From Mobula birostris (Eukaryota), in the NCBI RefSeq assembly GCF_030028105.1, contig NC_092379.1, positions 47,850,150 to 47,914,149 on the forward strand: DNA of 64,000 nucleotides. Reading direction: 5' to 3'. A program made the translations under genes and the position numbers. The notes below the pieces were generated by a model. That model worked only from the letters and a program-made list of their open reading frames with translations, was not told the DNA's origin and ran no database searches. Positions 23,646 through 36,454 of the stretch are shown one piece after another; position 1 is the first letter of the stretch, and the number at the start of each line of letters is the position of its first letter.

Positions 23646-26269
23646 GAATCAGATTTATTATCAGGTGTACATCTGCATACAGTGAAACATGTCTGTGGTA
23701 ACAACCAACATACCCAAAGATGTATTTGTGGCAGCCCACACACGCCGGTGCCAACATATCGTGCCCACAATGCTTGGCAGGGCAACAGGGAACACAACAA
23801 ACTGGAACACACCAAGCAACAACAGCAAGACAAGCTCTATCCCCCTCCCCCACCCATCCACACACATACACAGTCTTCTAACCCCAGGGCAGATCATCAT
23901 CTTCACCTACACCCTCACTGCTGGCCTTTGAATGCAGACCAGAGGCTTAGATTCTGGCCTAATTCCCTCCATTCCTGTACCCAAACCCTAATCAAAGACC
24001 TATCTCCTCTCTCGACCCACAAACCATCCCCAAGAGCCCTAAGCACATGTATAAAACAACTAAGTCTGACACACAAACTCAATGGAGGCTGCAGCTTTGC
24101 CCCATCTTGTCCACTCTGTATCTCCATTCTCACTTCACCAAGCGCCCACTTTGAAGTTCCTCTGCCCGACAGGATTCCTGTGAAATCTTCTCCCACTGCT
24201 CTCCGGCCACGTTCTGCACACTCACCACCAGGCGCCCCTTCACCCCCTTCCCACCAGGATTCCTGGCCATTGTTCCCACCACTCCTTGGCTTTTGGGATT
24301 CGGTGAGCCGCCCCACCCCCACTGTCTGCATTCATATTCCTGATTGTGGTTTCCTTCTTCCTGCCAGAGGTTATCAGTCAACAGCAGAAGCAGAGAGAGC
24401 TCAACCAGCCCTTTAATCCCAGTACAACGATGGCTGACTTACCCAGCATTAGTTTAAATTCCCGCACCATCTCCATTAGCCTGGACCTTTTAGTTCCAAC
24501 ATTTACTGTTTCCAGTATCTGTACAGTTTTGCTCTCAGGTTAATGTTTATTCACCAACATTGCTTTCGCATTTAGATTTTGGCTCTGCCCACATTTTTTT
24601 CCTTTTCTGTTGAAAATCACTTTCATTCTCTTCACCCCCCCCCACCTTTTCTGTATCTTAATACTTGTTCTACCTCCACCTTTCCCCAGTTCTGACAAAA
24701 GGTTATTGACTAGAAACTCTCCCTACAGGTGCGATTGACCTACTGGGTATTTCCAGGTTTCTAACTTCCAGCAGATGCAGTGTATTCTTTTTTTGGATTT
24801 CAGCTTTGTTGACTGTCGCTTCACTTTGAGGATTGCCGCTCCCCCACCCCTTCGTTCCATTTGCCTCTTGTTCACCCCCTTCCTCTGAATGGGATCAGAA
24901 ATACCTTTCCTCTCCTCCCTCCTTCATCAAAGACGTTTCACCTCCAGCCTGTCCCATCTCTGATGAAAAGTCATTGACATGTACTTTGCTCTCCACAGCT
25001 GCCGACTGACCTGTCCAGCATTCCCACTGTCATTCTCGTTCAGTTGATTTCAACATCCGTGTCATATTTCTTGCCACAGAGAGGGAGAATGAAGTCCACA
25101 TCAGCTCTTGGATCGTTCCACCCAGCCCCAGTTCTTACATGTCCATGCTTCCCCACACCTTGTCCCCATCCTTCCACAGCTACTTATACAGCACAGAGAC
25201 TGATCCACATAGCTTTGGGATGAGTGTGGAAACCCATGCAGCACACATTGCACACAGACAGAAGCAGATCAAACCTGGGTCACTGGAGCATGGGAGACTG
25301 CCTCTGGCATGATTTTCAAGTACGACACTGGCTTCATTGAGAGCTCTTGGCATTTGGATCATGGGTTGAGGGGAGGATTAAATGGAGATGACACAATACA
25401 ATTATTGGAGGAGTGATGGGGGGACCAATGCCTCTGATCTGAACCCTGTAAGTTGAAGCCACGCCCAGAAATGCAGTTAAGGATCAAACATTGCATGGGA
25501 TCCCCTCCACTCACGCCAGGGGCACAGAAGCCCAAAGTCCCACACCTCAATTCAAGAACAGCTACTTCTTTTCAACCATTCCATTCTTGAACTGACCAGG
25601 CATCCCTAACCACCTCATCAGAATAGCAACACCATGGCCACCTTGCCCCAGACAGGACCTCATTTTAGTTGGTTCTATTTCCTTCTGAAAAATGTGTGTA
25701 ATTTATGTTTTTGTGAATACTGTTTATGTGACGCTACATGCCTGTGACACTGATGCAAATCTCTTTTATGCACTGGTGCATTTACGTGTGTGCAGGTCAT
25801 AAACTGCAAGTTCAACTTTCCTGCAGATGCTGCAGTTGTCCCAGTGCACAAAACACAAGGGGCCCCCTGCCTGCAGTTCCAGCCCACTCCTGCCCTGCCT
25901 AGTATTTCCACACACCTGAATGCAACATCACATAGTGGACACAGATCTGCACAGCATGGAAACCAGCCTCCCCTCCTTGGGCTCCATCTATATTTCCGAC
26001 TGCTTCAGTAAAACAGCCAACATAATCGAAGTCCCTCCACCCATCCCAGACTGTCTGTCTTCTCCCCTTTTCTCATCAGGCAAAAGGTACAGAAAGCATA
26101 CGACCTGCCTCCAGCTCAGCTTCCACCCCAGTGCAACAGCTTTTCCCCGGAACACTTCCCCGCACAGCACAGAATAACTGCACAAATCTTTAACTGTCAT
26201 GATCAGATATGATGGACACCCACTCAATCGGTTAACCTCTTTTTTTAAAGAATACACCTGAAATCATAT

Positions 26270-26765
26270 TGACAGGTTGCAGGTTGAGTCAGTGGTAAGG
26301 AAGGCAAATACAATGACAGCATTTGTCGCAAAAGGACTAGAATATAAAGGAGGTGTAGTAAGGCACTGGCCAGACTGTATGTGGGGTATTGTGAGCATAT
26401 CTGGACTGTTTCATCTCAGAAAGGATGTGCTGGCAATGGACAGCATCCAGAGAAAGGTCACATGTATTATACCGGGAATAAAAGGGTTATCGAATGAGGA
26501 GTGTTTGATGGCTCTGGACCTGTACTATCTGGCACTTAGAAGAATGGGGGATCTCATTGAAACGTATCGAACACTGAAAGGCCTCGACAGAGATGGCGTG
26601 GAGAGGATGTTTCCGATACTGAGGCAGTCTAGGACCAGAGGACACAGCCTCAGGACAGAGGTGAAGAGGAATTTCTTTAGCCGGAGGGTGAGGGTGGTGA
26701 ATGCATGGAATTTATTGCAGATATGGCTTTGGAGGTCAAGTCATTGGGGGTGTTTAAAGCAGAGG
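26270..26765 (+). mobile_element. CR1 ORF2 C-terminal fragment
   Basis: QVESVVRKAN...KDVLAMDSIQRKVT...GDLIETYRTLKGLDR...TRGHSL...KRNFFSRRV. Confidence 0.88.
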
Positions 26766-26814
26766 ATGACCACCTGCCTCTCCCACCCCTCCCAAAGGGC
26801 CAAGCACCACGCTA

Positions 26815-29606
26815 TCATGGGTAACTACAAAGAAAGTTTATTGATAAGTAAGCTTCAACAGAAACAAGGCTTAAACAGACAGCGAGTGTAAGCTTAGGTT
26901 TACAATACTTGGTGGATTTTACAGCATCTATTCCGAAACAACAAATAAAGCAAGGTTTCCTCTCCGTTCTTCCAGTCGTGGGATCAGGCTGAAACATGCA
27001 TCTTTACAAGCAGCTTGTCTGCATACAAGAACGTTGGGCCTGAGTGGGAAGGAGTCAAGCCCACCCCCTTACCAGCTAACAGCCTGCCCGTCAACGCCAA
27101 GGCCGCGCTGAGTAAAGCATACATTCCAACCCTTCCCCCAACCCCCGCACACCCTCATTCGAGGCTGGGCTCATGCTCTGGCGCAGCAGGGGTGGGGTGC
27201 TGGACAGGGAGGGTGGGGAGGGGGTAATCAACGCCGGTCGGCCAGATGCCATAGGGGTGTGAACCGTTCAGCCCGGGGGGGGGGGGGGGGACAGCAAATG
27301 CAAACACCAGAAGAGATCACACAGAGGATGTGTGGGGAATGCCCGAGGGGCCAGACAGCAGCAAAGAGAGGCAAACACTTCAGGCTGCAGAGGGGGGAGA
27401 TGGCAAGAAAGGAGGGTGGGTTATATGGGGGCAAAGAAAACAGGAGGGATAGTCTGTGGCAGGGGAGAGGAGATCAGCCGGAAGTTTCAAATGAAACAAG
27501 TGATGACAGTGCACAGTTGTACCATCACCCCTTTTGTTAATTCATCGTCCCCCACATCCCGTTTCCTCTCCCCACTCCTTCTCATCTCCACTGCAGCTTC
27601 CAAAGGCTGTGCTGTTGAAAAGTCAACTCTCTCCACATGGACGCTGCCTGATCTACTATTTCCTGTTTCTTTAAAACTTAGACTTCCACCTCCACAGTAT
27701 TTTAGTTTAAAAAAAACACAATGCTGCCTTGCTTTCGAAAGCGCTTATTCGAGACGGCTTCGCCGCGCGAGCCCGATTATTGGGAATCAGCTCTGATTTA
27801 CAGAGGGCACCAGCCCCTCTGCCACTTCCACCCCACCCCACCCCCATGCACCGGCAATCCGTCCATTTCCCAGGCATTGCACCAGATTAACATAAAGAAA
27901 AAAAGAATCACCTACAATATACAGAGATCCTTAGAAATCAATCTACTGAAAGCACCGATCTACCTAGGATTTGCACCCTACTGCAATGATATCCAAAACG
28001 CTGGCTGTCAGATAACCTCCGAGTGAAACCTGACACCAGGGTCACTGACACCCAGTGGCCGCCTCCTGTGCCCAGGCCACAGACACCGATCCACCCTCCC
28101 CTGTTGGTGGATGAAACCAACCCCACATCAACCTTCCCACCTGCTCGAAAGAGACCCCACAGGAACTTCCTCAACTCATAAGTATCCCCCTTTGACTCTG
28201 TGGAGGCGCACAGGCCTTCACTCCACCAACATAGTCCTCACTGCAGAAAAAAATGATCTGCCCTTCCCCTGCCTGACTCGAGAGCATAACGCACCAAAAT
28301 GCCTGGAATGAATTTCACGACACATGCCAGTGATAATAAACCTGATTCTGACTCTGATGAACTTCCTCTGTCATCCAGCAGGATTTTGCCGAAGAAAACG
28401 TCTTTGGGAAAAAGTTCCGCCTTCTGTAAATCAAGTGACTGTGGGCCAAAATTCAGTGCGTCTGAACTGGACCTCGTTCACGGAGAATCCCCGACAAAGA
28501 GCCTGAGAGGGGTTCAACTTCCTCAACCTCCCCTAGTTCTTTCAGATTTGCCCAACACCAATGTTAGCAGTCACCCGTTTTGACACACAAGCCAGCTCTG
28601 GCCGCAGTGATCACCCAACTCGCGCCCCAGAGGTGGAGGGGGTGAGTGCGCACCCTCTCACCCAGAACGCACTGGAAAGGGGAAACCAGGCCCAAAGGAG
28701 TGGGGCACAGGGCTGGGAATACGGACACGGCTCAGGGTGGAACACGCTGACTGTCACAGAAAAGTACAGTACGCTCCGCAAATCTAATACCAACATGCCC
28801 CCCACCACCGTTCACCCGCTATCTGTGCTCCAACCTTTCTCTTTTAGGCCAAAACTCACCATGGTCTGCCGTCACCCCACAGGCTCTCTGGTGAGGGAGG
28901 TGATGGTAAGAGCGGGATGGAGTGAGGGGGGCTGGCAGAGGGAGGAATGGGATGGGACAGGGATGGGTGGGGCAAGAGGAGGGGGGCAAGGTGATGACAA
29001 AGGGAGGCAGGGATTGAGTCAGGGGAAGCAGAGGGCAGTGGAACCAGGGAGAAAGGAGGAAATGGGGACGGAAAGAGAGCCGAGAAACTCCTTAGGCCCA
29101 GTGAGTCCATACTGACCGCCAATCACCCACGGAAGCTAATCCTAGGCTAATTAATTCCCACACAACCCTCACCTGGACCATCCTCCTCAGCTACGCTGCG
29201 GAGGGAATTTGTGACGGGGGTAACCGAGCAACCCAAGCTCTGCTGGGACATGGAAGAAAGGCCAAATCCCTGGGGGAAGTCCCACTTGGTCAATACGCCA
29301 ACACCACCCGGACTGCACGGGGGTGCCAGGACTGAATCTGGATGTCTGGAGCAGTGCAGTGGGCATCTTGGCAGAACACTCCCCACCCTCGACTTCTCCC
29401 TCAGCCAGACCCCACCCCAATATTACCATCCAGGCTCTGAGGCCAAAAGGGAATTCAAAAGCGTGGGGGGGGGGGGGGGGGGATGGATTAAAACAAACCC
29501 AGGTGGTTTGGTTGGACACAGATGATCAGAAGCACAGACAGACGAGCAGACTGGAGGAAAGACAGTGGGGGGGGGGGCCCAATCTCTCCCCTCCCCTCCT
29601 GCCCCC
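26815..29606 (-). other. putative ~2.8-kb 3'UTR of the zinc-finger gene
   Basis: Largely TE-free sequence runs from the stop codon to a minus-strand AATAAA at 26842-26837, where TE-dense sequence resumes. Inference. Confidence 0.45.
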
Positions 29607-30848
29607 TCAGACATGGACCCTCTGGTGCCGCAGCAGGTGGGAGGAGCGAGAGAAACCCTTGCCGCACTCGGAGCAGGAGAAGGGGCGCTCCCCAGTGTGG
29701 ATGCGCTGGTGGGTGAGCAGCGAGGAGGACTGGGTGAAGCCCTTCTCGCAGACAGAGCACTGGAAGGGCCGCTCGCCGCTGTGCACCCGCAGGTGCCTCA
29801 GCAGGTGTGACAGGCAGGTGAAGGCCTTGGCGCACACCGAGCACTTGAAGGGCCGCTCACCGGCGCGGGACGGGCGGCCCGTCAGCAGCAGGGAGGCGGG
29901 GGCAGAGGGGGAGATGAGGGGTGGCGCGGCGCCGGGGTCCAGACCCTCCTCGGGAACCGGGTCCTCCCCGGCGACCGCCTCCTCCCCGGCCGCCGCGCCC
30001 TCGCCCTCCTGCTGCCGCCGCCGCTCCTCCTCCTCCTCCTCCTCCGGGTAGCGGACGGGGTTGTTCTCGGCGTGCACGTGCTGGTGGGCCAGCAGCAGCG
30101 AGAGCTGGGCGAAGCCGCGGCCGCAGATGGAGCAGCGGAAGGGGCGCTCGCCGCTGTGGCTGTGCTGGTGGGTGAGCAGGTGGGAGGACTGGGTGAACTT
30201 GCGACCGCAGATGGAGCAGGCGAAGGGCCGCTCGCCGGTGTGCACGCGCTGGTGGGTGAGCAGGTGCGGCGAGCGGGTGAAGCCCTTGCCGCAGACGGAG
30301 CAGACGAAGGGCCGCTCCTCGGTGTGGAGGCGGCGGTGCCGCAGTAGCGTGGAGGAGTCAGTGAAGCCCTTGCGGCAGACGGGGCAGGAGAAGGGCCGCT
30401 CGCCGGTGTGCAGGCGCTGGTGCCGCAGCCGGTTGGAGAGCTGGGTGAAGCCCTTGCCGCAGACAGAGCAGCTGTAGGGCCGCTCGCCGGTGTGCACGCG
30501 CTGGTGGGTGAGCAGGTGCGAGGAACGGGTGAAGCTCTTGTCGCAGACGGGGCAGGTGAAGGGCCGCTCGCCCGTGTGCACCCTCTGGTGCACCCGCAGG
30601 TCGGAGGAGCGGCTGAAGCCCTTGCCGCAGACCACGCAGGCGAATGGGCGCTCGCCGGTGTGGCAGCGTCGGTGGCTGTCCAGCTCGGACTGGGTGCCGA
30701 AGCCCTTGCCGCAGTCCCCGCACTTGAAGGGCTTCTCGACGGCCGTCTGGGTGCCCTTGTCTCTCGCCGGATGGGCTCGCGGCCCGGCGCCCGGATTCAG
30801 CACCGGCTCCGCGGCGGCCTTCTTGCCCCCACCACCGTTCTCGTCCAT
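29607..30848 (-). CDS. C2H2 (Kruppel-type) zinc-finger protein, 413 aa, 11 fingers (8+3) separated by an acidic/Pro-rich spacer; no KRAB/SCAN/BTB
   Basis: Intact ORF with 11 CX2CX12HX3H motifs and TGERP/SGERP linkers, very high GC3. Strong Kozak AGGATGG, in-frame upstream TGA at ~30910, and splice acceptor TCTTTTTGCAG| (exon starts 30959). Confidence 0.96.
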   Translation of the reverse strand: MDENGGGGKKAAAEPVLNPGAGPRAHPARDKGTQTAVEKPFKCGDCGKGFGTQSELDSHRRCHTGERPFACVVCGKGFSRSSDLRVHQRVHTGERPFTCPVCDKSFTRSSHLLTHQRVHTGERPYSCSVCGKGFTQLSNRLRHQRLHTGERPFSCPVCRKGFTDSSTLLRHRRLHTEERPFVCSVCGKGFTRSPHLLTHQRVHTGERPFACSICGRKFTQSSHLLTHQHSHSGERPFRCSICGRGFAQLSLLLAHQHVHAENNPVRYPEEEEEEERRRQQEGEGAAAGEEAVAGEDPVPEEGLDPGAAPPLISPSAPASLLLTGRPSRAGERPFKCSVCAKAFTCLSHLLRHLRVHSGERPFQCSVCEKGFTQSSSLLTHQRIHTGERPFSCSECGKGFSRSSHLLRHQRVHV

Positions 30849-32119
30849 CCTCGGAGGCCGGCTTCCCTTCTCAGCCGCCGGCTTCGGCCGCCCCCCTCGC
30901 GCAATGGCTCAGCCTTGGCGTCGAGCACCTCTGTCGACCGAGCTCGCCTTTCCAATCCCCTGCAAAAAGAGCATTTGACCAAACGTCACTCGCACAGCAA
31001 CAGAGAGCTCTAACAAATTACAGGCAGCAGCATCAAGCACTGAACTCCGAAAGAGAATTCAGCAAATAAATGCTTATTGTTCTTTAGAGAAACAGAAGAT
31101 TTTGGAAATGGACTGCAAGTCAGTCAACAACTTTGAGACCCCTTACCAGAAGTGGGAAAGAGAAACGGTTTGGTCTATAAGCAGCAGTGGTGTACACGTT
31201 CCTGCTTGTGCAGGGATCAACCAAGTTAACGTTTTGCGGCCAGGGACCAAAGGTCAAAATGCTGGGCAAAAGTTGGAAGGATCAGTAGCTTAGCAGTTAG
31301 CATTATACTATTACAGAGACAGTGGCTCGGGAAACGCAAATGAAGCATTGCACTGTGTGTTTCAATGTACACGTGAGAAATAAATCTGAATCTATCCAAC
31401 TAGAATAAACGATGCCCAGCACAGACACTGTGGGCCAAAGGGCCTGTTTCAGAACCAGAATCTTCCATCATCACTGACAGATGTCATGAAATTTGTTGTC
31501 CATGACAGCAGTACAGTGCAAGACAGGATAATTACTGAGTTACAAAGGTCTGTGAGGCGGGGACTCGAGCTGACTGTTAAGGCACTGGAGCTAAACCCCA
31601 AAGGGACGGAGAGACCACCATGTCAGGGTGCAGAGGGGGCTCGAGAAAGCAGGGAAACGGGATCGAGGGTATTGGGGTATCTTTGTGAAAATAGGTTTGA
31701 GTTGGAACTGACAAGCTGTGAAGATGTTGGCTTTGACATGATCTTCTGGAACTGGGGGATTGGCTTTAGACTAAAGGGCTGAATGGCCTCAGAATTATAC
31801 AGCACAAAGAGGGGCTTTTCTACTCAACTCATCTGTTTCAGGCAAGCTGCCTACCTGAGCCAAAATCCCCCGAGACTTTTCCTATCCATCTACCTGTCCA
31901 ATTACCTATTGAATGCTGTAACTGAATACAAGTCAATACTAATGGCCATCACCCTGTGAGAAAACATTGCCTCCCAGGCCCCCTTTCAACCTTTACCCAG
32001 AATCTCTGTCCTGTAGTCTTACACAACCCTACCCCGGGGCAAAGACAGTGACTCCATACCTCTCCGAGGTCACCCCTCAGCCTCCTGAGCTTGAGGGAGA
32101 ACAGCCCTCGCCTGAGGTT

Positions 32120-32472
32120 TACAAGAGGTTCTGCAGATGCTGGAAATCCAGGGCAACGCACACAGAATGCTGGAGGAACTCAGCAGGCCAGGCAGCATCT
32201 GAGGAGGAGAATAAACAGTTGACGCTTTCGGCCAAGACCCTTCATCAGGAAAGGGGAAGAAGCATGAATATCCAGGCAACACACACAAAATGCTGGAGGA
32301 ACTCAGCGGGCCAGGCAGCATCTCTGGGAAAGCCTACAGTCAACAGTTTGGGCCGAGACCCTTCAGCAGCACTCTCCTTCCCACGGATGCTGCCTGGTTC
32401 CTGCTGAGTTCCTCCAGCATTTTGCACGTGTTACTTGGCTTTCCGGCATCTGCAGATTTTCGCTTGTTTGTG
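32120..32472. mobile_element. Penelope terminal repeat: two tandem copies plus one inverted copy, in the zinc-finger 5' intron
   Basis: TGCTGGAGGAACTCAGC at ~32168 and ~32291; inverted GCTGAGTTCCTCCAGCA at ~32403. Confidence 0.85.
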
Positions 32473-32842
32473 ATAAGAATATCCAATTTCTCCTCGTAAC
32501 TCAAACTCCCCCCCATGGCAATTATTGTCTGGGATATTGCCACTATTGTGCTGTTCGCAGAGTGTTTGGTGGTCCGGCTTCTTTATGGCCAGTGTCAAGG
32601 CAAGACCCGGGACACATGAAGCAAAGAGTACTCCTTGGAAGTGTTGTACCAATCAACCTAACCTGACGCATCAACAACTCATCTGCAAAGAGCACTAGGC
32701 AGAAAATCCCTTCCCTCCCCAGCACAGTAAACCCCGGCTCTTCAAGCCGGACTCTTTAAAAGCAAGTACAAGGAAGATAAAGGGCCCCCTTTTCTGTAGC
32801 AGCCCCGAGCCAGCTGACAAAATAGCTCGCAAGCACACTCAC

Positions 32843-32893
32843 CTACATGACACATGTACAGCATTCAGATTGTGCACAGTAAGATGTCACAGA
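32843..32893 (-). other. candidate 51-nt non-coding (5'UTR) exon of the zinc-finger gene
   Basis: Minus strand: TTAAC branch-like site, TCATTATTTCATTGTAG| acceptor and a perfect AG|GTGAGT donor. Confidence 0.4.
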
Positions 32894-35800
32894 CTACAAT
32901 GAAATAATGAGACCCGTTAATCCTTTTGTAGCTAGTTTAGCTGCGAAATCGGCCCCGGGGCTGGGTAAAATGTTGGATCTGGCACCAAAGCGGCATTGTG
33001 AGATCAACACGGCTGATACTGCTGAGAGACAAACACCATGGCAACAGCTGAATTTAAATTCATAATGAATTAAGTCTGGACTTTCAAAAAAAATACATCG
33101 GCAGTGGTATCTATAAAACTATCTGAAACCACATCTGGCTCACGAATGTCCTTTGGGGAATGAAATCTGCTAGCCTTACATAACCTGCCCTACTTGTGAC
33201 TCCAGACCACCCAATCGGCTGGGCTCTCAGCTGGGACAGACAATGAATGCTATCGCCATCACTGTCTTACATAAGCACCAGCAGCAGGTCAGTCTGCCTC
33301 GCTCTCTGAGAAGATCGCAGTGTGTTCGCCCTCCACCTCGTCACCACCATCGCCCCTCTCTTCCATACTCCGGCTCCCTTGCGATCTGACAAGTCTTCCC
33401 ACCACAGCTCTCTGAGTTCGACAACTCCAACGATTCAAAACCCTCCGGAGATAAGAAACCCCTCCTCACCTCCACCCTGCTCCTCCCACGAAGCTCGAGA
33501 TCACCATACTCAGTGAAATGTCCTCTCAGCTTGTTTACGTCCCTCCTCAGAATCTAACCTCTCGTCCTTCTAAACTCCATGTGCGTAGGTCCCCTCTGAA
33601 CATCAACCGTTCAATAGCAGGGACCAAGCCCGTGAACCCTCCAACATAGACCAGTACTACCCACTCTAACCCTCCCTTCCTACACAGCCCTCTACTTTTC
33701 TATCATCCATGTGCCCATCTAAGAATTTCTCAAATGTATTTGCCTCTACACCACCCTGGTAAGGGGTTCCATGCCCTATATAAAAAAAAAAGGCATCCCT
33801 GACACCCCCTCCCCATATTTTGAGTGCATCGTTCCTTCACTACAGCAACTGAAATCATACACAGCTCTCCAGCCGTGGTCCCATTCATGTCCTACAGAAT
33901 CCCGTCAAAACCTTCCCCCGCTTATACTCCACGCCCCTTGCAATAAAGGCCATTGTTCCACTGGTCGTATCAATTACCAGCTGTACCTGCAATGCCAACT
34001 TACTGTGGGTCCAGACCTTTGAACCTCAATAGTTTGGAGTCTTGCTCCATTTAAATAATAACTTGGTCATTCTTGCCCCCCCCCCCCCAAACTGGATGAA
34101 CATTGTACTTATCCACAATTTGCCACAACTGCTAACCTCTTGTCCACTTAACCCTCTGAATGTCCAACCACACACTCCACAAACTTGGACTACCCTGCGT
34201 TTGTCTTGTCAGTAAATCTGGCTGCAGTTCCTCTGGTCCATTCAACCAAGTCATTACTGTAGATGAAAGAGCACATAAACAGATTCTCCAGTCCACAACC
34301 ACCACCAACTGGCCACCCCACGCCAATTTCATTGTATTCTTCCTGCCTGCCCGTCAACCTCCCCCTACATTCTACCAGTCATCCACTGGTGGCAACCTGC
34401 AGCTAATAACCCCACGCGGCCGCGGGAAGAACGCAAGAACCCTCACCCAGGCAGAGCCCGAAGTCTGGAACTGTGAGGGAGCCGCCTTACGGGACTGCCC
34501 AGCCCGTGATCTCTGTGCTGCCCCACCAGGAATTACCCCGTTAACCCATTAATGGTGCTGCTGGGCACAGTTACCATCAGCAAGACCAACACTGCGAGGC
34601 CCAATCTCAACTGTCCTCAGTAAGTCACTCTGGAGTCCAGGATTCAGACCTAGTGACTATGAAGGATGAGTCCTGCCCACAACATCAATGCCCCCCGGAT
34701 GATGATTACAGAAAAATACAACTTCAGCAGAGCACAACATCAGAATAGGCTGTTCAACCCATGGCATCTGCCAGTTTTAACTAATCCCTAGCATCTACAC
34801 TGGGTCGATGTCCCTCCTTTCCCTGCTGTCTAAATCACTCTAAAACGTTACTGTTCTATCCTCAAGTTCCAGACACCTACCACTCTGTGTTTTATAAAAA
34901 AAACTTGCCCCGTGAATCTCTTAAAGTCCCCTCCCATCTCAAACTTGCAATGCCCTTTTGTATTTGACGTTTCCACCCAGGGAAAATGACCAACTAGCTC
35001 CCCAGCTTTAAAAGTACCGCAGGACCTATCATGCCTGCTTCAAAGAGTGCAGAGGACCTGGGTTTCATGCAAGTGAAAAGCAGCACTTTTACAGGGAAGC
35101 TCACTGCATGCCAACCTAGACTGTTGTGCTCAAGTCTCGGGAGGATGACTGGCCTCTATGACCTCCTGACAAGAGTTGAAAAAAGTTTAGCCATTTAGAC
35201 ACAGCCTCCACAAGAAGGTGACTATTATGTCATGGGCTGCAAACCAAATCCGAAGGGCCAAGGTCACTGGGGGAAAATGCCAATGCAATCACATACTACA
35301 CTAATGAGGACTCTCTCTAAGAAATACAGACAGAAGTGCAAGTGCCCCTTTAAATATCTGCCCTGGTTCCACGATCTACAAACTTAGAAGAATGGGCCCA
35401 ATGGAGTTCTCGGAGATTCAGGTCACTAGGAAGCTAAGTAGGCCATTCAGATCTCTCAGTCACCAATTAGCTCAGTGCTGACCTGACAATGATCTATCAA
35501 TCTCTACCGATGCACCAAGATTTTTACGGTGCGCTCACTCCTCCTCACATAAAAGGCAGCACACTTCATTTATGAATGTAAACAAGACAATAGTGAGTCA
35601 CAGCCTTTAAATGCGATATCTCCCCCCCCCACCCCACCACACACACACACACGCACTCAAGCAGGAATATTTTACTGATGGGAGCACCCCACACACAGAA
35701 TGGGGCACTTCACACGGAGGCTGCCCCTCTCACGGACATCAGCACAGATGCTGCCCCTTGAAAAGCCGGTTGCAAGGCGACAGGCCGGTTGTACAGGAGC

Positions 35801-36039
35801 GGATCAGGCACCAATGCTGCTCAGGAGGAGGATCTAAGGCGCCAGGACTGCCTCCTGCTTGCGGGCCACACGCACGGGGACTGTCCCTTTAAGAGCCGGA
35901 CCCTCCCCCACTCTGCAGCCTCACCGCCCTGAAATCCCAGGGAAAAAAAGGAGAGGAATCTTCACAAACCGCAGGCTGCAGATTTCTTCGAAGATTCTAA
36001 TAAACCTCCAGATCCCTCTCTGCAGAATGCATAAGGGTC

Positions 36040-36345
36040 GAAGTGCCCGAGCGGCGGCGGGGCGGTGCACGGAGCCGGCGCTGCCCTGCCCGGCCCGGCT
36101 CGGCTCCTCCAGGGCTTCAGACAAAGAGACACTCGCCTCACCGACACCGAGCTGGCTGGCCCCGGACACGCCCCCTCCCAGCCGCCATTGGCTGCAGGAC
36201 AATCGCCGGCGCCCGCGCCCTCCCATTGGCCGCGCCGCCCAGTCAATCACCGCGGCCGTCGGCGTCGGGGCACGCGACCTACGCTCGGCGCTGGCGTCAC
36301 GCACGCTGGAGGAGTCGGCGCGTCGGATGGAGCGGAAAAACCCTA
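36040..36345 (-). promoter_or_regulatory. CpG-island promoter / first exon of the zinc-finger gene
   Basis: CpG-dense. Two CCAAT boxes on the minus strand (36187-36191, 36225-36229), GC/KLF boxes (CACGCCCCC) and a donor CG|GTGAGG at 36142/36141. Confidence 0.8.
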
Positions 36346-36454
36346 GTCCAGTGAAATACCCCGTTTCCTGTTAGATATTTACAGATAAATATTTCTAAAC
36401 ATTGTAGATATAAGTTACGGGTTGATCGCATTAAATATTTTCCCTACTAGATTG

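Noticed and set aside
29323-31013. Plus-strand ORFs overlapping the zinc-finger gene
   Set aside because: Antisense shadow frames typical of GC-rich C2H2 repeats.
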